Positions 43,707-55,365 of a DNA stretch of 64,000 nucleotides are shown one piece after another. Every line of letters begins with the position of its first letter. Within the stretch, counting starts at the first letter, position 1. The stretch is from Macrostomum lignano. Taxonomy: Eukaryota. The position numbers were made by a program, and so were the translations under genes. The stretch covers positions 207,043 through 271,042 of the forward strand of contig NIVC01001546.1 in NCBI GenBank assembly GCA_002269645.1, in the 5' to 3' direction. The notes under the pieces were generated by a model that did no database searches, had not been told where the DNA came from, and saw only the letters and a list, made by a program, of their open reading frames with translations.

Positions 43707-46700
43707 AGTCTATAGGAAAAAGGGGCATTTGATGCAGTTTATACCTTGGCTAGAGGTTTTACTTTTATGCTTGAACATAATTTAAAAAATAGAACAATAA
43801 AACTTAGGTTAAGTATCATAACAATAGAAATATACACCAAAAAATTGGGCAATCCTGAAGATTCCCACATTCAATTATTTTACAGAATTATTTCGCTCTC
43901 TATTCAAGGGTGGTGGGGGTGGGGGTTATAATTAAACGCGGGAATTTTCAGGATTGCCAAAAGTTGAACAAAGCAAAACTTGCAAAGTACAATATGAATA
44001 TGAGACATAAATATGGCCTTAATTAATCAATTTTGTCCAATTGACATAAACTAGATTTTAACAAGCAAACACCGACAAAAAACGACACATTGCTATAGAA
44101 AAACTACGCCCTAAATAATAGGCCTAGTCATAGTTTCGGAATAGGATGTTAGTTTAGACTTAGTGGGCCTAGGCCTACCGAGCGAGTTAACTGTTAAGTG
44201 AACGATTACAATAGTTTATTTTAATTTTAACAAGAGTGGAAGCCTGATTGGATGTTCCGAATGTTCGCGAAAGGAGTGACAGCGAACTGTTTAATTGGTT
44301 TCAATGCACGTCCGCCTGTCAGCAATACTATACTGTGCTATGACAATAAGAAGAAAAAATGTAATTAAATGTCGCGTTTAAATTTTACACTTGTTTAGAA
44401 TGGTCAAGCCAGAAATTTGGAGATTATTTATAACAAATATAGCTTTTGCCGTTAAGTTAGTGTAAAATGCATGCATGCAGTTTACTTTTCATTTTATATC
44501 TAGTGAAACATCTAAAATTTATGTTCTTTATGCTGAAAATTTGTGTTTTTAGGTAGACAAGTCGTTTTGTCTTTGTCTTGCACAAAATAAGCACACAATT
44601 GAGGACTATTTCTACTTCCCTCTTCCTAAAATAAGATCCTGAACCTTTTCCGTTCTTCTGTTCGTCCTTGGAAAACCCCGGGTGCGCGCAATTCTTGAAA
44701 TCTCCATCAGAGAGAACCCGCCCCTTGCAGTAATCTCTGCTAAGCACTTCGTCGACACTTTCTGCATCGACTTTACAGCCTTTGGAGTGGCCTTTTAATA
44801 CCCCGGAAGTAAGTAGTTTTATTAGCACTATACATGTACAGGCATTTGGACCATTGATTGCATGGCAACTCCATCGTTACTGCAGAAAGCCAAAAGTAAA
44901 ATGGTCCAAATTTTATTCAGAGAACTTAATCGCGGTAATCTGAAGGACAATTAAATAAAATGTAACACTGTGATGAGGACAGCGGTTCTAGTTAATCGCT
45001 TACATGTAATTAAGAGTCAAGATATGATTTGTAAACAACCGCGCAGCTATAGCCTTTGATCTACATGTACATGCAAGGAACCGAAATTAAGTGACGACGT
45101 CACTGCAGAGGCCTGCTATAGTGACGGAGAAGCTCAAACAAGCAGCCCCAACGTATATACACGTGTGTATACATTTACCTAGCTTGCTTGCAAAACTCAT
45201 GCACTTTACATGTATTTGTAACTACTAGCCTGCGGCTATTCTCGATCTCCCGCCGGTATTTATCTGTCGGCAGATAATTATAAAAATTAAATAATCGACC
45301 AGCCAACCTATGCCAGAAGGGCTCAAAATTTTGATTCAAAACACTCCAGCCTTTCAGACTCTCTGATTGGCTAGAAAAATATGGGGTTGCGCAACAAGTC
45401 ACGAGACAATTAAGATCGCTTACAACTTACAGAGATGCAAATGGGGTTAAAATTGTTACGCATTGTGTTATACGCATTGATTTTTTTGCTGAAAAATAAA
45501 GAAGGTCGGAATTGGGGATTAAAAGAAGTGGGGTTGTAAAGGTATGAGTCATCGACGAGTCATCACAACTTAATATTCTGCAGCTGGACGATGTGAAGTC
45601 TCGAAAATTTAAAATCGATCGCTTTTTTTGACTAAAATTGGTCAATCTGTGCCGCGCGACCCTATCTTACTACTAAAGAAAGACTACTTCATTTTTTGCT
45701 TTTTTAAAATAAATAGCGCACCTTATTCAGCAAGAAGCATTGATTGCGCACTCTGCATCGCACCGCAGAAAAAGAAAGCTGTTTGCCCACATTTCGATTT
45801 TGATTTCAGACAGTTTTTGATACAAATACGGCTTGTATTAACTTCATCTCCCGAAACTCCAAGGCCTACAGCTGTATATTGGCCGATGGTGTAGTTTTAT
45901 TTTCATAAAGAAATTGCGCAAATTGTGTACGCTTCTGAATTTGTTCAAAGAAACAATATGCAGACGGAATATTAAATTCACCTTGCTCAAAACTCACTTA
46001 CTCACCTATATGGCTAATGGCATCAATTATAGTCATCCTGCAACAGCTGTATAGAATGCATCATCACACGCTGCTCTACAAAACTCTTTCTAAAACTCAC
46101 CACAGGGACAGGTCATTCCAGTCTCAGCTCCCCATCCCACCATATATAACGCGCGTATGTGCAGACAATCCTGTACGCGCGTACATGTATTCTCAATCGT
46201 ACGTCCTCTGCCTCGACCTAAGCGCTTTTCCTAATACAACCCCCTTCATTTCCCGCTCTGTCTTCCTCAAAGCTTTCTCCCTGCTAGGCGTACACAGGTG
46301 TATATAGGGCGTCTCTCTATCCCTTGGCTAGCCAGGTATTGCCACCATGGATATCGACGGCGAGAATAATAAAGCCATGGAGTGGAGAGACGAGAGAGGA
46401 AAAGAACTGAAGAAGATTGAAATTAGGCTGGGCTGGAGCTCAGACAGACGACAGGCGGAGAGGAGCAGCAGTGTTGGCTATGGTCAGGCCATAGGAAACG
46501 CCCCTCGTTCCCTCTCGTCTTGTTCTGCTCCCCCCAAAAAAACTGGGAATCCTCTTCCCCACCTGCTCTTTCTCTCTCTCCCTCTCACCCTTTTCACCTC
46601 TCTTCCCTTCCCGTTCGCTGTCGTCTACTCATCAAGGCTCGGCGTGTACACAGACGGGCGTTTTAGACATTTCAACTCCCAGTGTACGCACTGGAAAAAA

Positions 46701-48054
46701 CAATAGAAGACTCTCCCCCCCCTAAAGAGAGGGGAACGTAGACGGGAGGGGGGGAGAGAATGAACGGAGGTTAGAGTGTTGGCAAAGAAACTCTAGAATG
46801 AAAGCGTATACGAGAGAGCAGAGCACCTGGGGGATTGGAAGGCCGCAATCCAACCAGTGAACAGTGTCCTCTCGCAATAGCGACACACATTCAGTGGTGA
46901 GTTATAGTCTGTCGGAGAGAAAGAGCCTTAAGAGAGCGATATTATAACAACTGTAGTGACTGGCTTCTAATAGTTTCCTTGCGCGTGCGACTGCATTACC
47001 ACCTAGGCTTAGTAAGTGAGCTTTCGCAAGCTCAATCAGTCTGAATTCATAATTATCCATTGAACTTAAAATTTAGTTTTTAGGCCAATGCCATTGCTAC
47101 AGACAGACTTTCTGACTGGCTGCCAACAGCTTTAGCTTACTAAATAAAAAGTAAGAAATTAAAAATTGGTTTGCTGCTTCTGCAACTTCAACCCCCCTCA
47201 CTCTCGAGAGTGCGGGCCCACCTCAGCGCAAAGCGGCAGCACTGTACACTGACGGGACAGAGGCCTTTCAACACAGCACCTACTAAATACGCAGTGTGTG
47301 CGCCAGCTCAATACCTAAATAATATACCTGAACAGAGCATAAAAGGCTACGCAAAAGAAGAAGACTGCAATTTAACAAGGGAGTGAAGACCTGGCTAGGT
47401 GAGGACGGTCTAGAATCTGTCGTTACCTGGAGCGAATAAGAACAAAGTTTATTCATCACAGACTCGGTTCTGCTTCAGTATATTGGACACGGTTCGGAGG
47501 GTCCTCGCCCGTACACGGTTGCGTAACAACTTCACTGTTTGCCTTCTATTTCCTGTCTTGTATATAGAATATGGAACCCCAGGCCGACTAAGTTTGAAGG
47601 TTGAAGCAGATTTCTGGAATACTCGCGACTCAGGTAGAGTGGCAGCCGTCATCAAGGCTTCTATAATTGCTATAATAGAGCGCAAAAATAGAGTCGTGTT
47701 TATTCTAATATCGTTTAGAATGGATCGCACAAGAGTCGGATTGCCTAACGCTGCAAGCATATTGTTAATTGCACTGCTGCTGACAACTAGCGAAATCTAC
47801 GTCACCCTGTCAGGTAAGAATCTCAGCATACCGTAATTACTTGCATATCGAAATGAAATAACTAAAGAAATGCTCGGGGACTTACTCAATCAAAGGGCAT
47901 GCTCCCCAAACAGCTGTAAGCTTTTGATTTTATACAGTCACTATTAAATTATTGGAATGAGTGAAATGAGTTTTAAAGCAAAGAAAGCTTTGGCATCAGG
48001 GCTCAACTTTAAACCATGGCTTAACCCCTACTCTCACTTTGATGCTTGGCCGAT

Positions 48055-48900
48055 CTTAACATCTCAGCAACTCCACCATGAGCCTTGACATCTCAGCAAC
48101 TCCTTGAGCCTTGACATCTCAGCAACTCCTTGAGCCTTGACATCTCAGCAACTCCTTGAGCCTTGACATCTCAGCAACTCCTCCATGAGCCTTGACATCT
48201 CAGCAACTCCATGAGCCTTGACATCTCAGCAACTCCTTGAGCCTTGACATCTCAGCAACTCCTTGAGCCTTGACATCTCAGCAACTCCTCCATGAACCTT
48301 GACATCTCAGCAACTCCCCATGAGCCTTGACATCTCAGCAACTCCTCCATGAACCTTGACATCTCAGCAACTCCTCCATGAACCTTGACATCTCAGCAAC
48401 TCCTCCATGAGCCTTGACATCTCAGCAACTCCCCATGAGCCTTGACATCTCAGCAACTCCCCATAGCCCTGACATCTCAGCAATTCCCCATGAGCCTTGA
48501 CATCTCAGCAACTCCTCCATGAGCCTTGACATCTCAGCAACTCCCCATGAGCCTTGACATCTCAGCAACTCCTCCATGAGCCTTGACATCTCAGCAACTC
48601 CCCATGAGCCTAGACATCTCAGCAAATCCCCCATGAGCCTTGACATCTCAGCAAATCCCCCATGAGCTTTGACTCTCAGCAACTCCTCCATGAGCCTTGA
48701 CATCTCAGCAAATCCCCCATGAGCCTTGACATCTCAGCAACTTCTCCATGAGCCTTGACTTCTCAGCAAATCCTGCATGAGCCTTGACTCTCAGCAACTC
48801 CTCCATGAGCCTTGACATCTCAGCAACTCCTTGAGCCTTGACATCCCAGCAACTCCCCCATGAGCCCTGACATCTCAGCAACTCCCCATGAGTTTTTAGA
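48055..48900. repeat. Minisatellite, about 29-bp unit CATGAGCCTTGACATCTCAGCAACTCCTC, intron 1 of the Ig-like gene
   Basis: Directly visible, with shorter variants. Confidence 0.95.
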
Positions 48901-50756
48901 CATCTTGGAAATTCTAACAATCCACACTCTCATGTCCAAGGACTCGTTAGACTTTGAAATTTAATTCTTAATTTTAATTTGATTTAATTTTAATTCAACC
49001 ATGACTGCGAAACCATTGAGCTATCGTTTTTTTGTGCTCCAACTAGCTGTATACATGTAGCTAGTGTTGTATAGTGTAGTATAGGCAGTGAAGAGACACC
49101 GAGAAAGAGAGTGAAAGAGGCTACTGCACTCTGTGCATGTTTTTTGAGCTGAGTCACCCACCATTTGCAAAAATGCGGGACAGTCTTCCTGCCTGCTGTT
49201 TGCGGCTCACGTACGCTTGTGAAAAGCAGTTTTTGCTACTCTGAATAATAACTCTGTGACCTGAATGAGACGAAAAAGCCCCTGCAATTATATGATTTAG
49301 GTGAATTTTTGTGATTTATTAATCCTCAACAAAATGGGCTATGGCTGGTAGACACTGTTCCTTACTACATGTGCTCAATATTGCAAAGAGGAAGGAAGTA
49401 TAGCCTCTTTGTAGGTTTAGTGTTAAGCTTAGCCAGAGAACTATACCTGAATATAATATAATCTTATTCATTGTGTCAGAGAAAGACACGTCACTTAATT
49501 CAACCAAATGTTGCGAGTAAAATTGCAAGCTTGCGTTTTGTGGTAATGCTATCCAACACGTTCTGAAGTTCGTTTTCGAGCGTAGCCACCAACAAAGATT
49601 ACAGTTAATACAGAATAGGACCTTTGTCTAAGTCAACGGTAGGCAACATTTTTACCTCAAGGGCTAGAGGAGGGATGGATGAACTCGAATAGGGGAGAAA
49701 AGAGAAGGGAGTGAATAGGAGAGAAAAGGAGATGAGAGACAGAGAGGAGAGAAGAGGAGAGGAGAGAGTGGAGAGAGGAGATTAGAGAGAACATAGCTGA
49801 GAAGAGACACAAGCCTTGAGCAGGCCAAATTGCTATTGTGAAGTTTCAAAGGGCCGGATAGAGAGGGCTCGTAAGTCGTTCTTGCTTTCGTCTTGAGAGT
49901 TGCAACACGACCCAGAAATTCTCTTACAACAATTTAGCTTTTAACCCGATCCCCCACACACAGCAGCGGCGGTACTTCAAGACACCCGAATGGCCGTCCC
50001 GAGCTCCGACCAGTCCATTAAGCTCAAAGTCGAAATCACCGACACAAAATTCCACTTGACCTGCGAAGTCACCGGCATCACCCTAGGGACCCAAAATGGA
50101 CAAATAATGCATTTTCAGAATCTAATGACAAAATAGTGCATTCTTGGTGCATTATATGTACGTGCATTTTTAATGCATTTTTAGTAAAAGTTCTATCTAC
50201 ACTATTTAACAAAATAAGCATGAATTTAGTTCAAGATTGGCTTTATTGCGCATCTGTGTATTTATAAATTATACTTCCGTTGCTAACTTTGAAGAACAAA
50301 TAATAAAACGTGGTGCGATAAAAATGCATTATTTTCTGTAACAATTATCAAATTACAAATGCATTTTTTATATCCAGCCGTAGCGAATTAGACCATCACA
50401 AATTGAAATTAAAATGGCGGTCTAATTGCGTGCTGGATTATTTTGTTGCTCGAAGCGAAATTCGTAATTAAATTTCTATTTCAGGTTCTTATCTAGCAAA
50501 CAAACTTACATTCGTACGCAAAAATTGGGTCGCTTTTGTTATTTCTCTATAACATAGCTTGTTCAATCGATTTTGATTGTCGAAATAAAAGCTTTGTTTT
50601 CTTCACTATTTTATGACATCCTCTCAACAATTTAATTGCATTAATCAATCTGGTGTGACAATTATTCCAATTTCTAATTATTCCAATTCAGTTAATATAT
50701 TATTATTATAGGTTTGAATTTATTGACTTCAGACACTAAGAGTTGGTGGATCTTGA

Positions 50757-53700
50757 ATGGATCTTGCGGCTGGTTCAAGTAGGCGCTCTTCGAATAGAGT
50801 AGTGAAACCAGTGCAACGATTGGCAAATTCTGCTGCGTCATTTTATGATTCGAAGTACCTACTATTCTTCATTCGAAAGACAAGAACTTATCATAACTTT
50901 TCCCGTGGCAGTCTTGCACTTAGCCATAATGAGCCTGATGTGAAATTCATTTTTGTAAGTAATTTTTTGCTTACTTACTAGGCCCAGGCCTAATCCTAGT
51001 AATTGTTACAAATGCTATTGCATATTGTATACAAAATTCTGCAGGATTTGAAAAAATAAATAAATTGCTTGAGTGCATATGGCTTAAAATGAATGTAGTT
51101 TTGTGTGCCTAACTATCAAATATCTATTAACTCCTACAAATATATTTATTAGGGCCTAAAGTTAAATGAAGCTAAATAGTTTTTTATATTGTTTTACTAG
51201 TAGGCTGGGCTTCTATAGCCATATGCCTAGTTTAGGCCATGTAGGGAGTAGGCCCTGATGCCCAACTATAGAACTAGTTAGGTATTTTTTAGTGAATTAG
51301 GCTTATTCTAAGATTTCATCTTTTTATAGTTTTAGTAATACTAGGCCAAGGCTGTTTAATTTGCAAAAGACTACTTTTTAGTGCTTGAAATAGGCTGTTT
51401 AGTTGCTATCAATGTTAGAGTATGATTAGCTAACTCATGCATAAAGAACTATGGTTGGTTTGGCTAGCTTTCCTTTCTTTTCTATATGTTCTCTATTCTA
51501 AGTATAGAGAGAATATATTGGGCTGTTAGGAAAATTCTGTCCGTTTTGACTAAAATATGTTGGAGCGAGTTTTTATAGGAATGCAGCAGTGTTACTCAGT
51601 AAAATAATTGCCATCGCAATCGATGACCCTCTGCCAACGAGAGGGCAGACTTTGGATGCCAGCTCTGTAGAAATCCTTGGGCTGTGATTCAAAAAAGTTA
51701 GTAATGCAGTCCTTGACCCCTTTGTCATCTTCAAACGTTTTCTCTTTCAGATGATGGTGCAGCGCTCGAAAAAGATGGTAGTCTGTAGGGGCCAGATCGG
51801 GGCTGTACGGTGGGTGGGGCAGCACTTCCCAGCCCAGATCCAGCAGCTTTTGTCGGGTCAAATTGGCGGTGTGCGGCCGAGCGTTGTCATGAAGGAAGCG
51901 AACATGCTGACGCCCTGGACGCTGTGTGTGGAGGCAGTCGGCCACATTCTGCAGCTGGTTACAGTAGAGCTCGGCGGTGATGCTGGTGTTGGGCGGCAGC
52001 AGCTCGAAGTATACAACTCCTTCACTGTCCTACCAACAGCAGAGCATCACCTTCTTAGGGTGCAGTGGGGCCTTTGGCTCTGGCTGTGGCGGTTTGCCGG
52101 CATCAACCCACTGGCGCTTGCAGTGTATATTAACGTACATCACCCACTTCTCATCGCCAGTGAGTATTGAGGCCAGCCAGTCTGTTGTTCTCTTGTAGGA
52201 GAGCAGTGAGGTGCAAATGTCTGCTCGGCTTTGACGGTCCCTGTCAGTCAGGTCATGGGGGTCCACTGTCCGAGCTTGCTTTTCTTGCCCATGGCAGCCA
52301 GGTGTTCAGCGACTTGCACATGGGAGCACCCAAGAGTGGCTGCCAGCTCTCGTGTAGTCTGGTGCGGATTGGCCTCCACAAGTGTCCGCAGCAGCTCAGT
52401 GTCTATCTCAGATGGGCGTCCAGGGCGAGGTTCGTCAGCAAGGCTGTAGTCGCCGCTGCGAAAGCGATCAAACCAACGACGGGCTGTGCGGTCAGAGACA
52501 GCATCCTGGCCAAATGCACTGCACAGGCGTCGAGTCGATTCGGCTGCTGTAATACCTGCTAGAAAATCATATAGCATGCACTGCCTTAGAGCGATGCTGT
52601 TTAATTCAAAATTTCTGGCCATAATTGGGCGCTGAAAAGCAAATGACTTGGTTAGAATGACCACAACTCTGGCTGTATATGCATACACAAGTATTGGATC
52701 CAACACAGCTTCATGATCCTCTGCATAGAAAAATAAAAAACGGACAGAACTTTCCTAACAACCCAATAGAATTTTGGCCATTTTTAAATGTCTTATTGTC
52801 TATTTTTTTAATATATATTTTGTATAATGTATTCATTTTCAAACTTGACTGCCTTCATTGATTTTTATAACATTTTATATAGTGGTCTCAGTATGTTTAT
52901 ATATCTATTTATCTATGAGCTATTTTATTCCTATGCTAAGCCTAAGGTGTTCAATTCATAGGAAGGTCTATTTGCTGATAAGGTAGGCCCTATATTCTAT
53001 CCAATAGCAAGTTTACTATTTGAACTATTGTCCAGTGCTTTAGTTTTCTATTTTAATATTTCTTATACTTTTAGTTTTCCTAGTATTTTAATAGGCTATA
53101 TTTGCCAACTCTATTAAGCTATCTAAAGTTTTATTTTAGTTAAGTTTGTCTATTTTTCCAATGGATTTATTCTCTTTAGCTTGTCTATCTTTCTAAAGGA
53201 CTCTTTTGTTTAGTTTGTCTAACTTTCTAATAGGCTATATCTATTTTGTTAACTATTCTAAAAAGAATTTTCTATTTAGTTTGTTTATAATTCTTAATTA
53301 AAAAATTAATTTGGTCTAATATTAGCTCAAAATCTAATAATGAATCACATTTTTATTTTAGGGTGAGGACTACCCACTTGCTCTCAAGGATGGCATTTTC
53401 AATGGCATGTTCATTGCAGCTGAACCATGGTCAAAAATGATCTACCTTGAGAAGGAGCTTGATGCATTCATAACTGAAAACAAGGAGAACTCCGAGCTCT
53501 CTGATCATGTCCAGTCTCATATGAAAGTCTTCATGAGACAACAAGAAGACTCAAGTGATGAAGATGCAGGTGATATTGACGATTCGGATGATGATGAGAC
53601 CTGGCAGCCTACTCCGCCTCCTACTCAGGTTTCTTTTGTAAGCCCAAGTCCAGTTTCGACACCTACAGCTGCTCATTCTCGTGCTAGGAAGCAATCTCAA

Positions 53701-54905
53701 GGCAGTCTAGCAAACAAGCGGCCAAGGACAGCTGGTACTCATGTTGAAGACAGACACCAAAATTCTGAGGCATCATTGGCTTTAATTGCAAGTGAGGAAC
53801 AGCGTGCCTTACCACCGGAACTACTTCCTCAAGTTCTTCAGGCTCATGAATCAGCAAAGGCAGCAAGTGCAAACGATCCCACAAATTCCAAGCCTCTCAC
53901 ACTGGCTGAATTTCAGGAAGGAATGGGTAAGGTTTAATTATTTCTTTCTTGTGCTTTTGTTTTTATGCTTTATTCTCATTATCTCAGTGTAATACAACTT
54001 TTTTACTCACAAATCCTGCATTTCGTGCTGCTTATGTAATCACTATCAGTATAGTACAAATGTGAAACACCAAATGTTTCAGACAGTTTGAAGCGGTTCA
54101 TCGCTCACAAACTGAGGAAGATTCGCACTTCATCATCCAGCTTGCATCAAATGGTATCAGCTGATTTCCTTAAGGAGGTAGGTTTCTCAGTTTCTGTGCA
54201 AATTAATTTACTTTCTTTACTAACCATTTACTATAAAATTATTATATGCTTTACTTTGCCATTTTACTTTACTGTTTTTCTTATTTTTCGCTCTTCTTCA
54301 TGTGGCTTGACGTTTTCACATTTCACTGACATTTATCATGACATAATCCAAACAATCGGTCCTGAGTACCAATTTTCTTTGTACTTTTTCGTAGGAATTT
54401 GAAGGCCACGATGGGCGAGTTTGCAATTTCTCAGATCTGCCTCGTACAACGACGTCGAAGTTCATCAGGGCATATGCTTCTGCGAGGTATGGCGTCGAGT
54501 ATGTGCAATCGCATGTTTTCGGAGAGTACAAAGGCACGACACAAAGGCCAAAGGCTCCAGGAGAAGTGCAAGACCATCTTAAGAGTAAGCGATACAATTT
54601 CTTTGCAACTGAATGTTTTTTGGCAACTGACTTAGTATTGTGGGCATTAGATGGATGCAGGTCATTCTATATAGTCTTTTAAAGCTAAAAATTCAAACTG
54701 GCTCACTGTAGCCATTCCATTGTTGGAAAATGTTTGTGTGAATTTGCTGCTACTATAAAATCTTTCTTAAAAAAAACTAGGCATTCTGAACAAGGCCTTC
54801 AATATCCCGAGGGATCAAACGGTTTCTGCGTGGACAGCCGTCAAAGACTCTCTGAATCGACTTGGTCCAGAGTCAACCTTCCGCAAGCGAAAGGCCGGTG
54901 ATTAG
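50757..54905 (+). CDS. CACTA accessory protein, about 390 aa, C-terminal BEN-like domain; exons 50757-50954, 53362-53926, 54083-54177, 54395-54584, 54781-54905
   Basis: Four GT-AG introns with matching phases 0, 1, 0, 1 give a continuous 1173-nt frame. Acidic/Ser-Pro linker. The C-terminal FIRAYASARYG..YVQSHVFG...LKSIL...W..VKDSLNR follows the BEN/DUF4806 helical pattern. Terminal RKRK may be an NLS. Confidence 0.8.
51518..52766 (-). mobile_element. Mariner element, 1,249 bp, inserted in intron 1 of the CACTA accessory gene
   Basis: 30-bp TIR TTGGG(C/T)TGTTAGGAAA(A/G)TTCTGTCCGTTTT (28/30) with TA TSD on both sides (51516-17, 52767-68). Confidence 0.95.
51592..52622 (-). pseudogene. Mariner DD34D transposase pseudogene
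   Basis: Motifs RRWFDRF, GRP, W(T/V)PHDL, TGDEKW, HDNARPH and YSPDLAPTD, with 34 aa between the last two Asp. Lesions: a 1-nt deletion in a C5 run (52257-61) and TGG>TAG at 52032-30. Confidence 0.93.
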
Positions 54906-55365
54906 ACTGACGGCTAAACGTGTGTCGCAATATTTTAACTGAAGATGCAATCACCCAACTGCCATTCGACATGTAACAAACTATAACGTTTTTGAACTGA
55001 ATCGATCCCTATTTTACGTTATCTGCGCTAAAGTCAAACTCTTACTCTGTAGTGTTTTTTTAATATAAAATGAAGCGACTACCTTAATTATTTTTTTAGA
55101 ATAATAACTGTTGCGTTTGAAAAGTGTTGGCACTCTTTGTATGGGTAGTTAGGATACCCTTAATGATTTCCGTAGTCGTTCAAAATGTATATATGTGGAA
55201 GAATCTAAACTCCTTCAACTTTAACGCCACCGAGCTAATTTATTCCACTTCATTTCATATTTATCGATAGATGATGGTGCACATTCTTATTTCGATGGCA
55301 CGGGTACGTAATTTTCTCCAAACTTTTCAGTCTATCCTAACACTCGTAGAACTGAAGTTGAAATT

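Noticed and set aside
44457-44828. 123-aa minus-strand ORF
   Set aside because: No ATG start or recognisable motif. The splice signals here are on the opposite strand.
55304-55330. 27-nt GT-AG mini-intron upstream of the transposase
   Set aside because: Unusually short and unverifiable without reads. Only the acceptor is used as supporting evidence.
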